DNA of 63,842 nucleotides, filler included, from Platydemus manokwari (Eukaryota): NCBI GenBank assembly GCA_037951405.1. It is 5 parts of 5 records of this genome, joined end to end, with 100 filler letters (N's around TTAATTAATTAA, not from the genome) between each part and the next. Parts side by side here need not be neighbours in the genome. Positions count along the whole stretch, not along the records: positions 1 to 11,865 come from JBBMOY010426666.1; 4 more parts are not named here. One strand, 5' to 3'. Shown piece by piece: positions 1 to 11,965 of this stretch (position 1 is its first letter; each line of letters starts with the position of its first letter). The notes under the pieces were generated by a model. It saw only the letters and a program-made list of their open reading frames with translations, ran no database searches and was not told where the DNA came from. The position numbers and the translations under genes were made by a program.

Positions 1-2050
1 ATAATCACACTTAAATTCAGTTTATCTTCTATAAAATTAATAAAGGACCAACTAAATTCTAAATAAATAACAAAAATGATGGAACATAAATCATGGTGTT
101 TCTTACATATGTCTTTCTATTGAATTATTAGTCACTGAAGATAATATAGTCAAGAAAGTTAAGAAGGAAATAAGAAAAACTCAGTTTATTTTTAGGATTA
201 CAAAAGGAGCGGTAAACAAAAGAAGAACTAATGTAAAAAAATCTATGTTTTCCTTTTTATTATGTAACGTAAAAGGAAAAATAAATTAAAATTCTCACTG
301 ATTCAAATGAAATGGGATTGCTATTATGAAGAACTATCCGAATCATCCCAACAACTAAATTACCACAATCGATAAGTATAAATTTTTTTGTTAATAAAAT
401 AAAGACAAAATTAAATCTTTCAACAAAAAATAAAATTATTAAAATGTTTAATTGTATCAAAATAAAAAGTTGCCTAACCAACCTCAAAATCATAAAAAAA
501 TTCAACTAAAATCTAAAAATAGAAATTAAGCCAGAGTAACAATAAAAGTTTCTATAAATAACTATACAAACTAAAAATGATAACTAGAGACATACACTAG
601 AGACATATAAAATGGCCACACATGATACTAAGCATAAAATGTTACTAAAAATAGCAACATATCTCGTGAGATACGTGTTCATGGAAAAAATTTAAACAGT
701 ATACGAAAGAGTGAAACAAGTAACCCTAAACACAAAATTTTTAACGAGAAAAAATTTTATTTTATAAAATCGAAACAATATTGCTTTGGCATTTAATTTA
801 ACGCATTTTGATTTTTCATTATCTGTCTACAGTGTGAATTCTATTGATTATTCAATCCAACTTATTCCAAAGGCATTTTATGCAAAATGAGTAAATTTTT
901 TATTGTTATCATTATAATTAACTTTATACCAATGGCTGGTTCTTGCCTTGCTGTCTTTCAAATTATCATAACTTACTCACTCTTTGGTTCTATACTTTCA
1001 TTTTTTATATCATCTGCTAGTTGTTAGAAATTAATATTTATACAAATCAAGTATATTTTATCGACTTGTCTCATTGTTATTGATTGTAATATAAGTAGCA
1101 TCTATATTTTAAATATTATTTGATTATGTTATCCGGGGATTATATTTTGCAACAACAACCTTTATCTGTGAGATTTCAGATAAGGAAAAGATTCAAAAAC
1201 CTTCTGAGACAAATTCTTATATATTTAACACTATTTAAAAACTCTCTCTGTGCCATTGAAACGGGTTTAATGACAATTGGCTCCAATCGTGTATTAGAAA
1301 TATCAATGAGATCAATGTATTCTAATAAATTATTAAAAATGAAATCTTACTTTATATATATAGTTTAATCATGGATACAATTAATAAAGTTGTTTTTTCA
1401 AGTTAAAGATAGATTTTGATAAATGCAATATAAAATTAAAATAGTTAATGTGAATATAGGGAAAAAAGAAAAAATTATTTTAACTAAAATTTTTAATTCT
1501 ATAAATCCTTACATTTTCAAAATAATTATGATTCTCAGTAATTATCTTATTAAATTCAAATATATTTTTTTCATAGTGTTTTAATGGATTAAAATAATTT
1601 CACAATACGAATATGAAAATTAAATGCTGAAAATTAAATGGTTACACAAAAAATGATTTATTGTGATTCTGATCGCGAACTTTAGTTATCCTACACAAAT
1701 TTTGCTGTTCTTAAGGATTTTTAACCAAGATACATTAACTGAATTTTTCACACCATCTAAAGATTGGAAGTGTTTATTTTATTACTAAATTCGATCGACA
1801 ATGTGTTTTTGCCAATGTCTTGAACAAAAATGCTATCAATCAATGAGACTATAAATTTCTGTTTATGAAGTTATTTCAGTGTTCTAGTGCATTATAAAAT
1901 TGGTTTTAATTAATATAAGAATAATTTTAAGTTTGATTTGCCGTTGATATTTTATTTGTAAGATGTCGTTTTTTGATTTTGTTTAATAAAATTTTAAATT
2001 ATGATATTAAATATTGTTATTTATTATTATTTGTTAAGACTTTAATCATT

Positions 2051-2145
2051 TGTTATAGATATTTATTTATTATAGTAATGATTTATATTTGTGTGTTATA
2101 GATATTAATTTTTTATTTATTATAGTAATGATTTATATTTGTTTG
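2051..2145. repeat. Local tandem duplication, 2 copies of ~45-50 bp
   Basis: TGTTATAGATATT...TTTATTATAGTAATGATTTATATTTGT occurs twice head-to-tail. Confidence 0.8.
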
Positions 2146-3129
2146 TATACTGTTAGCTGCTACTATTTCATTATAAATGCAATAAAAGCAAATTGAAAGT
2201 ATATCACGATAAAAGTTTATTTTAGTGACAATATTTAAACAAATTAACTAAGTGATTTTTAACCATTTATACTATTTTAAATGATTATTTAAATAATTAC
2301 TTATCAAAATTTTTAAATCATCACAATTACTACTTATTTGTTAATACAATTTTCACCAATTGCGACAAGTAGACAACAGATGGATCGGTTTGAAACTCTT
2401 CTACTCATCCATATTAGACAAAAGATAAATTATACTAGTTGATAATATGCTTGTTGGTGTATTCGATTCACAATTGATAACTTATTACTTGGCAATGAGA
2501 TCTTATTGAAATTACATTTTGGTTTTATGTAAGCACTTATCTAACTCCGTGTAAAACAATGCAGAAATCAATCAATTTAAAATTCTGGTTTTGATATCCT
2601 TTCCATACATCAGTTTCGGATAGGATTTTGATAGGACTTTTATAATTATCTTATTTATAGATTCTTACTAAAGGTCGTCTTATTAACATCCATTGTCATT
2701 TACCCTATATATATGTGTGTGTACTTTTTATTCAATATCGATATGTTCGTCACAATTTTTATAATAGTTATTAATATTATTTATCAAAATTATTATCGAT
2801 GGCTCATTTTATTTCATTGTTATCCTACTGATTGATTTTATTTTGTAGTTATAAATAAATATCTTTAGGAGCATTCTACTGTATAAAATATATTAGAAGT
2901 TATTGAATTATCTCCGTATGTCTAATCTTTAGAAGTGTTACTACTTCGCAGTTTTCTTCAATTTCTTTACTGTTGAATTCATTAATATAATTCTCCATCT
3001 ATTAGAAATTTATTTCGTATAAAAACACTAAAAAAATACCAAATGTATTTTTTCAGAAATTTTTGATATCACTTTAACAAAAAAAGTTAAATTTGTATGA
3101 CTAAATTGAAGGGAAAAGGTTATGTATAG

Positions 3130-3234
3130 CAGAGGTGGCCAACTTTTGTGTACGTAAGATCGACTTTTCATTTGAATAACATCTCACGCGATCGACTAAA
3201 ATTGGCTTCAAGATCGACCAGTCGGCCACCCCTG
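3130..3234. mobile_element. 105-bp hAT (Buster/Charlie-type) MITE
   Basis: TIRs CAGAGGTGGCCAAC / GTCGGCCACCCCTG match at 12/14. The 8-bp TSD is ATGTATAG (3122-3129) versus ATGTATGG (3235-3242), with a central TA. Three internal GATCGAC motifs are present. Confidence 0.85.
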
Positions 3235-3719
3235 ATGTATGGGAATTGATTTTCTGTAAAATCAATAAAAAAAAACTATTGATTTATTCGAAATAATTAT
3301 CTCCACATAGGTTCCATCTTTAAAGTCGTTTATTGTTACTTTAAATAATTAAAAACAATTAAAATTCTTGGTATCGAAACATTGAAAAATTGTCTATCAA
3401 ATATTTGTTCTAGAATAAAAACCAATATCTGAATTATTAATTTATCTGGGCTAAATCTTGCGGATTAACCGTTTGAAACTATTACCAAATGAAATAAAAA
3501 AATTAAAATTTTTCACGGAATAAAAACGAAGGCGTAATTTAAATGGTTTATTGATTCAAATCTGCTTTGCAAATAAATTGTTGTTTTTCTTCACAATTAG
3601 TGTATTTTATAATAAATTCATCATCAATCTTTTTGACGTAAGTACAGAAATTAGATCCTTGAGATTCATGTCTAAAAGATTTAAAAATAAATTCATTTAA
3701 TTCTAAAAATAGAGATTAA

Positions 3720-6700
3720 TTACCCAAACTTAACTCTTACACGGAGACGTGATCGTGCCCCGAATAATCCGCCAATAGTTCTTCCTACGCCTCTAATTAG
3801 ATTAGCTACCCCACTCAATAGACCTCTTTTCTTTCTTGAATTCTTATCGACGACCACTTTCTTCATCCACACTCGTGTTTTAAAATTGAACGCATATCCA
3901 TTTTTAACAGCTTCATACATTTGTGAAAATACATTAAAGGTTTGCAAAAACCAATTAGCGGTTTGTAAATCGATTTTTCCGAATTCTTTCTTATTAATTA
4001 TGGTGATTAAATTGTTTATTTCTTGACCTATTTGTGGGCGATTGTTTTCATCGATATACACTAGAAAAGATTGCCAATCCATCTTTATCAATTGATTTAT
4101 TTTATTTTTCAAATCTTCGATTGTATTCTGATCTAAAACGGTTTTCACGTTTCCAGATTCTACAACTTGGACTTCTTTCTTTTCCCATGTCTTAGTTTTT
4201 GAATTGAATGTAAACCCATTACTGATTGCTTCGTTTATTCGAGAAAATGTTTGAAACATTTGATTAAACCAATTAAAGTATTGTATATCTAATTTTTCTA
4301 ATTGTTTGCTATCAGCTAGATTGATTACTTTATTAATGTCAGTACTAATCTGTGCTCGCTGACTTTCATCTAGATAAACTAAGAACGACACCCAATTCCA
4401 TTCTTTTAATTTTCTTATTTTTTCATTGAATTCAGCCACCGATTTATCATTCAATACACTTTCTTTCTTGAATTTCAAATCCTCTTGAATGATTAAATCA
4501 ATTACTCTTTGTAGTTGGTCTGCCCAATCAACATTTAATGCAGTTTCTTTGTTATTCGATAATATCAGCTTAATTCGTTCGATCCACACAGTTTGATCAA
4601 TTCCTTGAATTCTTTTCACGAGATCAATCCAGTTACTTGGAAGATTAACTTGAATTCTATTAATAATTTCTTTTGTCGATACCTTTACACGAACAATAGC
4701 TTTGAATCGTATAATTATCTCATTTATAAAATTGTACAAATCGGCATTAATCTTATCATAATCTTTGTTTAGAACATATTTTATTATTAATTTTATTTTT
4801 GCACGTATTTCGTCTCGTTTGTTTTCTTCAAATTGATTAATCAGTTTTTCCCAATCAATTTCTTGTAAATATTTCACAAAATCAATTGAAACAACTTGTT
4901 TCTTTTCTTTTTCTCCGTCTTTAATAACATCTCCTTTGTTTTCATTTCCTTTATTCGAATCTCCTTTGTTTTCGTTTCCTTTATTTTCATTTCCTTTATT
5001 TTCATTTCCTTTATTTTCATTTCCTTTGTTTCTATCACTATCTTCTTTAACTTTTTTAAATCTTATAATTATATCCGTTATAAATTTATGTAAATTTTCA
5101 TCAATTTTATTAAATTCCTTGTTTTGTACTAACTTTATAATCAGTCTAATTCTTTCAATTATTTCGGTTCTCTTATTTTCTTCAAAGTGTTTAACTAGAC
5201 TTTCCCATCTTATGTTTTTCAAGAATTTAATAAAGTGGATCAATGCCACGCTCTTCTCATCATGATCACATTTTCCTTTATCATGTTCTTCTTTTGCTAC
5301 TTTGAATCGAATAACTATTTTCGTTATGAAACCACGCAAATCTTCATTGATTTTATCGAACTCTTTGTTTTGAACTAATCTAATAATGAGTCGTATTTTC
5401 TCCAAGATTTCTGCTCTATTGCTTTCTTCAAAATGTCTTACCACATCTTCCCATTTAATACTCATTAAGAATCTAATTATGTTGATAACTGCTGAATTTC
5501 GATCGCCACTGACTACTTTGTCATTGTCTTCTTTTACTTGCTTGAATCTAATAGTTATCTTAGTGACATAATTATACAAATCTGAGTTGATTTTATCAAA
5601 TTCCCTGTTTTGAACCAATCTAATAATGAGTCGTATTTTCTCTAATATTTCCGCTCTCTTATTTTCTTCGAAATTCTTAACTAAATTCTCCCAACCAATG
5701 CTTAGTAAAAATTTAACAAATCTTACGATTTCTATATTTCTATCTTCGTCGTTTTGTCCTTTGTCATGGTCTTCTTTTACTTGTTTGAATCGAATAACTA
5801 TTTTCGTTATAAAATTATGCATGTTTTCGTCAATTTTATCGTATTCTTTGTTTTGAACAAATCTAATAATCAATCTAATTCTTGTCAATATTTCATTTCT
5901 AATATTTTCTTCAAAATGTCCTAACAAATTTTCCCAATTAATATTTTGTAGAAATCCAACAGTTCTCACATAATAAGCATATTTTTCATTCTCATTTTCA
6001 TTCTCATCTTTGCTGAATTTCGAGATATATTCAACTACTTTGATAATATAATCATAAAATTCTTTATCAATCCTATTATATTCTTTATTTTCTACGAATT
6101 TCATAAATAATTTTATTTTCGCTGCTATATCGTTTCTCTGACTCTCTTTAAAACGATTGATTAGTTGAGACCATTTAACCCTGATTAAGAATCGTACAAC
6201 TTTCTCATATTCCTCGGCATCTTCTTCTTCTTCTTTTTCATGACTATTACAACCACATGTTTCTCTCATTTTCAATGTTCTCAAATTGGTCACTATTTGA
6301 TGTATAAAGGCCAATAAATCCAAATTTAAGTTATTGATTTCTCTGTTTTGAACATATCGGATAAATAATTTTATTCTTGCAATAATTTCTGGCCTATCGT
6401 CTTCATTAAAGTTTTCCACTAAATTTTCCCAATTCAGCAATTGCAAGAATTTTAAATAATTCAAACCAGTCTCATAGACTGCATTATCATTATTTTGTCC
6501 AGTTTTAATTTTAAAAGTTATTCGAATTCTCAATGTACCCAACGATGTAATTATTTGATTAATCGAATGAATGAATTGAAGATTAATTTTACCAAAATCT
6601 CTATTACGGACCAGATTAATGAACAGACGAATTTTTTCCAGAATTGCACTTCTCTTACTTTCTTCCACATGCTCCAAAAGATTTTCCCATTGCAAATTCT

Positions 6701-8189
6701 GTAATAAAAGAAGATACTTGTTCGATGTATCAATTAATGCCTGCTCTCTATCTTCTTCTGACTCATTATCAAATAAAATCCTAATTTTAATTCTCACAAT
6801 TGTTTTAAAAGTTTCACCAATAAATTGCAGTAAATCATTATCGATTTTATCAATTTGTCTATTTCGAATGTAACCGATAAATATTTTTAATTTATTAATT
6901 ATTTCCAGATTTTGTGGACCACCGTATCGTTTCGTCAAATCTTCCCAATCGATATCCTCTAAGAATGCAATATAACGCAAAGCATTGTCTAATATTAATT
7001 GTTGTTGGCTCATATCGGTTTTATAAGTGACCAAATATCTAATTTTAAAAGTTACCATTTTTGCTATGACATCTGTAACAAATCTGATTGTCTCAATATC
7101 AATGTTATCATAATCTTGTTGTCGTACTAATAAAATGAATGCCTTAAGTTTTTCAACAATTTCTGCTCGTTTATTTTCTTCATAATAATTCAAAAAATCT
7201 TCCCACCGAGATTCTTCCAAGAATTGAGAATATCTAATCAACATTGTCAAAATTATCTGTCTCAGTCTCGCAATTTTCACCAGACCAATTCTTGCCGGTC
7301 CACGTCTAACGAAACCTCGCAGTCTGATACGAAATCTGATTTTCAATCGCTGCTGATTTCTGCAAAAGAAAAAATGTCAAATAGTCAGTGTAGAGATTTC
7401 AAAATCAATTAATATTTCAATGATTATTTTAAATAGAAAAAATATTTAAAATAAAACATAAATGTTCGATTAAATTTGCCTTGATATTAAGATTGTTTTA
7501 TTTTAAAAGTATTAATTAATTGTTTTTTAAACATAACTAATTATTTAATAAATTATTGAAATCATTTAAATTTTGTTTAAATATTAAAAATTATTGTTAA
7601 ACAATTTAAATGGAAAGTTGAAAAAAAGAAAACTACTTTATAAATTTATTATTATTTTTTATTATTTATTTAAAATTAACTTCGAATAGCCTACCAATGA
7701 TTAATTATTTGTTTTGATTTTTATTTAATCAATCTTTTTATATTTTACCTTAAACCAGATCCTTCACTAGGGTCCACTACCCAATATTGATCTTCCTTTA
7801 AACTCGGTCCCCATGGTTTCAAAATAGCCTTTGATAAAAAAGTGAAAACACAATTTACATGTAAAAATATTTTTACTTTATCTCTCTCGGTAAATGGAGA
7901 TGAATATTGTTGTGTCTTTTGTTGACATATTGCCTGGGCTTCTTCATAGGTTGTTTCGTACCTAGAAACATAATAGCACGCTTCATTTGGAATGCAAATT
8001 CTATCTATAATTGAAAACATAATTTCATTAAAATACCGATAGATATTTAATTTTCAAGCTTTCATACCGAATGCATCTTGATAATTGTGGACAAAAGTTG
8101 TTGTACCTGTAAAATTGAAATCAAACTAAATGAATTCATTTAATCAACTCACATAGAAGTACAAAAGAACATAATGTTATTGCTAACAT
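3720..8189 (-). CDS. Secreted 1307-aa protein: signal peptide, truncated C-type lectin-like domain, 13 helical repeats, RKKR site, cationic C-terminal peptide
   Basis: Exons: complement(8153-8189, 8068-8106, 7877-8004, 7749-7828, 3720-7359). All introns are GT-AG and the total is 3924 nt in frame. The protein starts MLAITLCSFVLLCTTTFVHNYQDAFDRICIPNEACYYVSRYETTYEEAQAICQQ...YWVV and splices in frame into the 1208-aa ORF, whose TTG start is internal. AATAAA lies at 3547-3552 (minus). Confidence 0.85.
4926..5030 (-). repeat. Coding 15-bp minisatellite, 7 units of NKG(N/D)(E/S/V)
   Basis: Encodes NKGNE x4, NKGDS, NKGNE, NKGDV between helical repeats 9 and 10. Confidence 0.95.
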
Positions 8190-8204
8190 TATTCTTTTTA
8201 ATTT

Positions 8205-8240
8205 AATGAATTGCTTGAAAGTATTGAAAGTATTTATATA
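8205..8240 (-). promoter_or_regulatory. Candidate TATA + Inr core promoter of the secreted repeat gene
   Basis: TATATAAA at 8240-8233 and an Inr-like TCATT with its A at 8207, so TATAAA sits at about -31. The ATG is at 8189. The AT-rich background lowers specificity. Confidence 0.5.
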
Positions 8241-9084
8241 ATTTCGAAACAATTACAATGCTTTGAAAATTTCGCACCACTACAGTCATAATCTAATAAT
8301 GTTTCAAATAAGTGTTTACGTTAAACTGTTGCTTCACTTGACTTTGTATAAGACAAGAGCAATTTTCCCATAATTAATGTGTTTTGATTACTATAATTTT
8401 CATAAGCATATCAAAAATGTTTGATAGAATTATTTCGTTTCTCTATGTAGGTTTTATTTGAAGTATTTCCCATTGATTAGATCCAATTCTAATGACGATT
8501 CAAAACAGTTCTAGTGAATAGCTGTATTAGTTATTGAATCCATTAGCAAACCTTTGGTAAGAAAAATGGGTGGAATGAGTCATATTAATTATGCTCATTA
8601 TTCTCATTTTAAATAAATTAATCGCTCACAATCAATTTAAAAATCTATTTTAATTTTATTTGGATTAGATATCATTTGAAATATAAAGAATATTATTAAT
8701 AGATGACTATCGATTTAGAAATTGAAATCAATAAGCATTCAAAACAATTAAAGAAATTTGACTTAATCGAATTACATATTTGTAAATAAACTACCTTTAT
8801 ATTACTTTTTTATAATAGCTTGATTAATATAAACATTTTATTATGAAAATATCTGTTATAAATCATTTAAATTGTTATTATTATTCTATATGTTAGTTAA
8901 TTATTTTGTTTTTAAAATTCAACCATTCTTGTGTTAATACATTTTGCATAATATGTGATTCTTCGATTTGCATTTAATCTTGAAGTCATCAATTTTGGCT
9001 ATGGATTTACGAAAATAAATGCATTTCAAGAGTTAGAATTTAATATTTTTCAAATTCTAATGCCCATTTGCTTGTTGTGATTAA

Positions 9085-9185
9085 ATTTTAATCTGTTCTT
9101 ACTGCGAATCTTTTACCATACAAATAATGGTTAAAACAATGACATAAATTAAAAAGAATTTCAAATATCCTTTTTCAAATATGTT
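9085..9185 (-). mobile_element. Ty3/Gypsy RNase H relic
   Basis: Minus-strand translation HYLYGKRFAVRTD* matches the HYLxGxxFxxxTDH motif. The surroundings are degenerate. Confidence 0.5.
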
Positions 9186-11865
9186 CATTGGATGGAATTC
9201 TTGAATGATTGCACACTCATTTCCTTGGTAACCTGATATTTAGAATAGACTCCTTTGTATTGAAACTTACCATAAATTCAGAACAAAAATCTAAGAGTGT
9301 CAAAATTAATTGCTTCTATTACATTTTTATTCATTTCGTTACAAACATGATTTCATTAAGTCTTTCACTTAACTCTTCTTGATGTTGGTCAGAACGAGAC
9401 CGAAAATCTTCGTCAATTGATAGTGATTCGTCCTCATCCAATGATGAACTCCCCAATTCTATTGGAATAACTTGATTCTCAAATGCTCAGGGGGAATAAA
9501 ATTAAAAAATTGAGATAAGAAGAAAGAGTGGAACGACGACAAATGATGCCGATGACTCATAAACAACCAAAATCAATTTGATATTAATTTTGATTTATGA
9601 TAGTATGACTATGAAAAACTTTAATTTTGAGTTTTTTAGTTTTGATATTTCATTCAAATGTCAAATTGGTTGTAATAATAATTATGTATCTCTATTCGAT
9701 TAATTTAATTTAATATAAATAATGTATTTTTATAATACAAGCGAAGATCCCAACAAGTAAAAATATAAATAAAAATAAAATAATAAAAGATTCCTAGTAA
9801 AAATAAATTAATGTCTAATAATTTTAATATTAATAACTAAAAAAATAAATTAATTAAAATAAAATAAAATAATAATTACTAAAAATAAATATAAAAATGA
9901 GATAATAGTAAAAATAAATAATAAAAATAATATAATTAAACAAAGAGCAATTTGTTTATCTGAATTAAATATATTTTTGATAAATAGTTTACCGAAACAG
10001 GTATTGGAAGATAATTAATAAATTTACATTTTATTAAGCCAATGTATGTAGAATTGCTTCAGAGTGATACAAGCACAATTAGAATTTAAGTCATGATAGT
10101 CAGATTAAGACTGCAAATAAGGGAAATAAACAAGAATTAATTAACATTATTTTCTCTGATTTGGGATTCATTAGTCTTGTTAACTTTCAATTATCGATTC
10201 GTTAAGTTATCAATAAATCAATAATTCACAAAAATTAACATTTAGCATTTTTTTTCAATGTATCAAAGGTATAATAAGGTATAATGGTAAAAAATATATA
10301 AAAATATAATTTGTTAAGAAAAATGAATGATGTTATTTATATTAATCAGTCAATGTTTTAGTAATTTAAGTTTTTTTGTCTCATTTTGAAAATTCTATTG
10401 ATCACATATATATATATATAAAATCAAATTAACTTCATAGGGAGACAGGGCCACCAAATAAAATCTGGCAATAAAAATGACCTATAAATAAATAATAAAT
10501 TGGAATTTAAAATACGTGGATTAATTTGCAATCAAATTGAAAGCTTAAGCGCATAAAATTTAGAAAAAATCACCCAAATAGTTACTCAAATCCACGAACC
10601 TGAAATTAATAATCTCATCTTCTCCCGATTGGGCTGTGCCTTTTTCTTACGATAGTCAAATTGGATGAATACTATCACATTTTATTATGTCAACCCATTT
10701 AAACATTGTGTCATTTCTAATTTTCATCTGCAAACCAAGTATACTGGTTATTGTCTGTACCGAAATATATTTATGTACACAGATACAGCTTTTACATTGA
10801 TACACAAACAAGGTACATGAGAGCTTGGACTCATCTCATTCGAGCATTCAGAATTGTAACCCTTTCATATCGAAAGGAAACCATTTCTTATCCTCTTCCA
10901 CATCGACATTTTTCTTGATATTTTCATATCCAGCTCAGTTTTACAGGCGTTCTATGGATAGTCTAACAACCTGACAAAAATCAATGAAATTGATAAGTAC
11001 TACAGACTTACGAAAGTGAATATTGACAAATTTCAGCATATAACTTTCAATAGATGTTTAGGAATTTCAAGTTAGTAATATTATTTATAACCATTCATTG
11101 TCATTTTATCAGCTCTTTAGTTGCAACAGAGGTTTTATCAATGTTAAAGAATCAGCTGTTAAGACGTCAAGAAATTCAATAATAAATTCATCAACTAAAT
11201 AAAGTAGCTAATATCATATTCGATAAGCTAGTAATCAATAATGCCCGAAAGTAATATATTATTCCATAATAAAACAAATAACGAAATTATATGAACAGTA
11301 ATACAATAATCAGTCAATTTAACGCCATTAATACTGCTGATTTTAATCTTATCGCTGTAGCTATTTATATTTATGTCAATATGATTCCTGCTATCTGATA
11401 CAATAAATTTTATTAAATTTAATAGTTGTTTTTTCTTTTCCATGCTCTTTTGAATATGGAATCAATTTCTCCAGTATTTTAAATTTTGTTTCTTTCGTTA
11501 TTTAGTTTTTAATATTTGAGATGTTAATTCTATTTTGTATCCCATTACAAGTATCAATTCCAATAAATTATCTGACATTTTCATGTTTTTACCATTAATC
11601 AAATTTAATTGTCCTTCATTATGTTGGGGTTCCGTGAAAATTACATTGAAAAACAATTGCATGATATTGATTTTGGTGTATAGAAGTATTATTTTTTATG
11701 GTCTATTGTAAATTAATAATAATTCTGATGTGCAAATCTCGTTTTATTCTTTTGTTCATTTTTTCGAAGCAGAATTTTTAATCCCTTGAAAAAATAATCT
11801 AAGTAATTTTTGGTCGTTAATAATAATGATAATAATAATAATTGTCAACCAAAAATTGTAAATAG

Positions 11866-11965
11866 NNNNNNNNNNNNNNNNNNNNNNNNNNNNNNNNNNN
11901 NNNNNNNNNTTAATTAATTAANNNNNNNNNNNNNNNNNNNNNNNNNNNNNNNNNNNNNNNNNNNN
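11866..11965. other. Artificial scaffold spacer
   Basis: 44 N + TTAATTAATTAA + 44 N. Confidence 0.98.

Noticed and set aside
5160-5940. ~240-bp periodic repeats as a CRISPR-like or non-coding array
   Set aside because: They are in-frame protein repeats within one exon, and the context is eukaryotic.
3720-7359. Repeat protein as a viral/retroelement envelope or a saposin/nematode polyprotein allergen
   Set aside because: The furin site is at the extreme C-terminus with no transmembrane anchor after it. The repeats lack conserved Cys and inter-repeat basic cleavage sites, and the gene has ordinary spliceosomal introns.
4896-7412. Plus-strand ORFs (e.g. FSFPL repeats) overlapping the large repeat gene
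   Set aside because: Antisense shadows of a codon-biased, repetitive CDS.
10600-10980. Cys-containing coding-like patch on the minus strand
   Set aside because: Stops in the frames I examined, and no motif I can assign.
11910-11921. TTAATTAATTAA recurring four times as a biological motif
   Set aside because: Always centred in exactly 44+44 N; it is an artificial all-frame stop linker.
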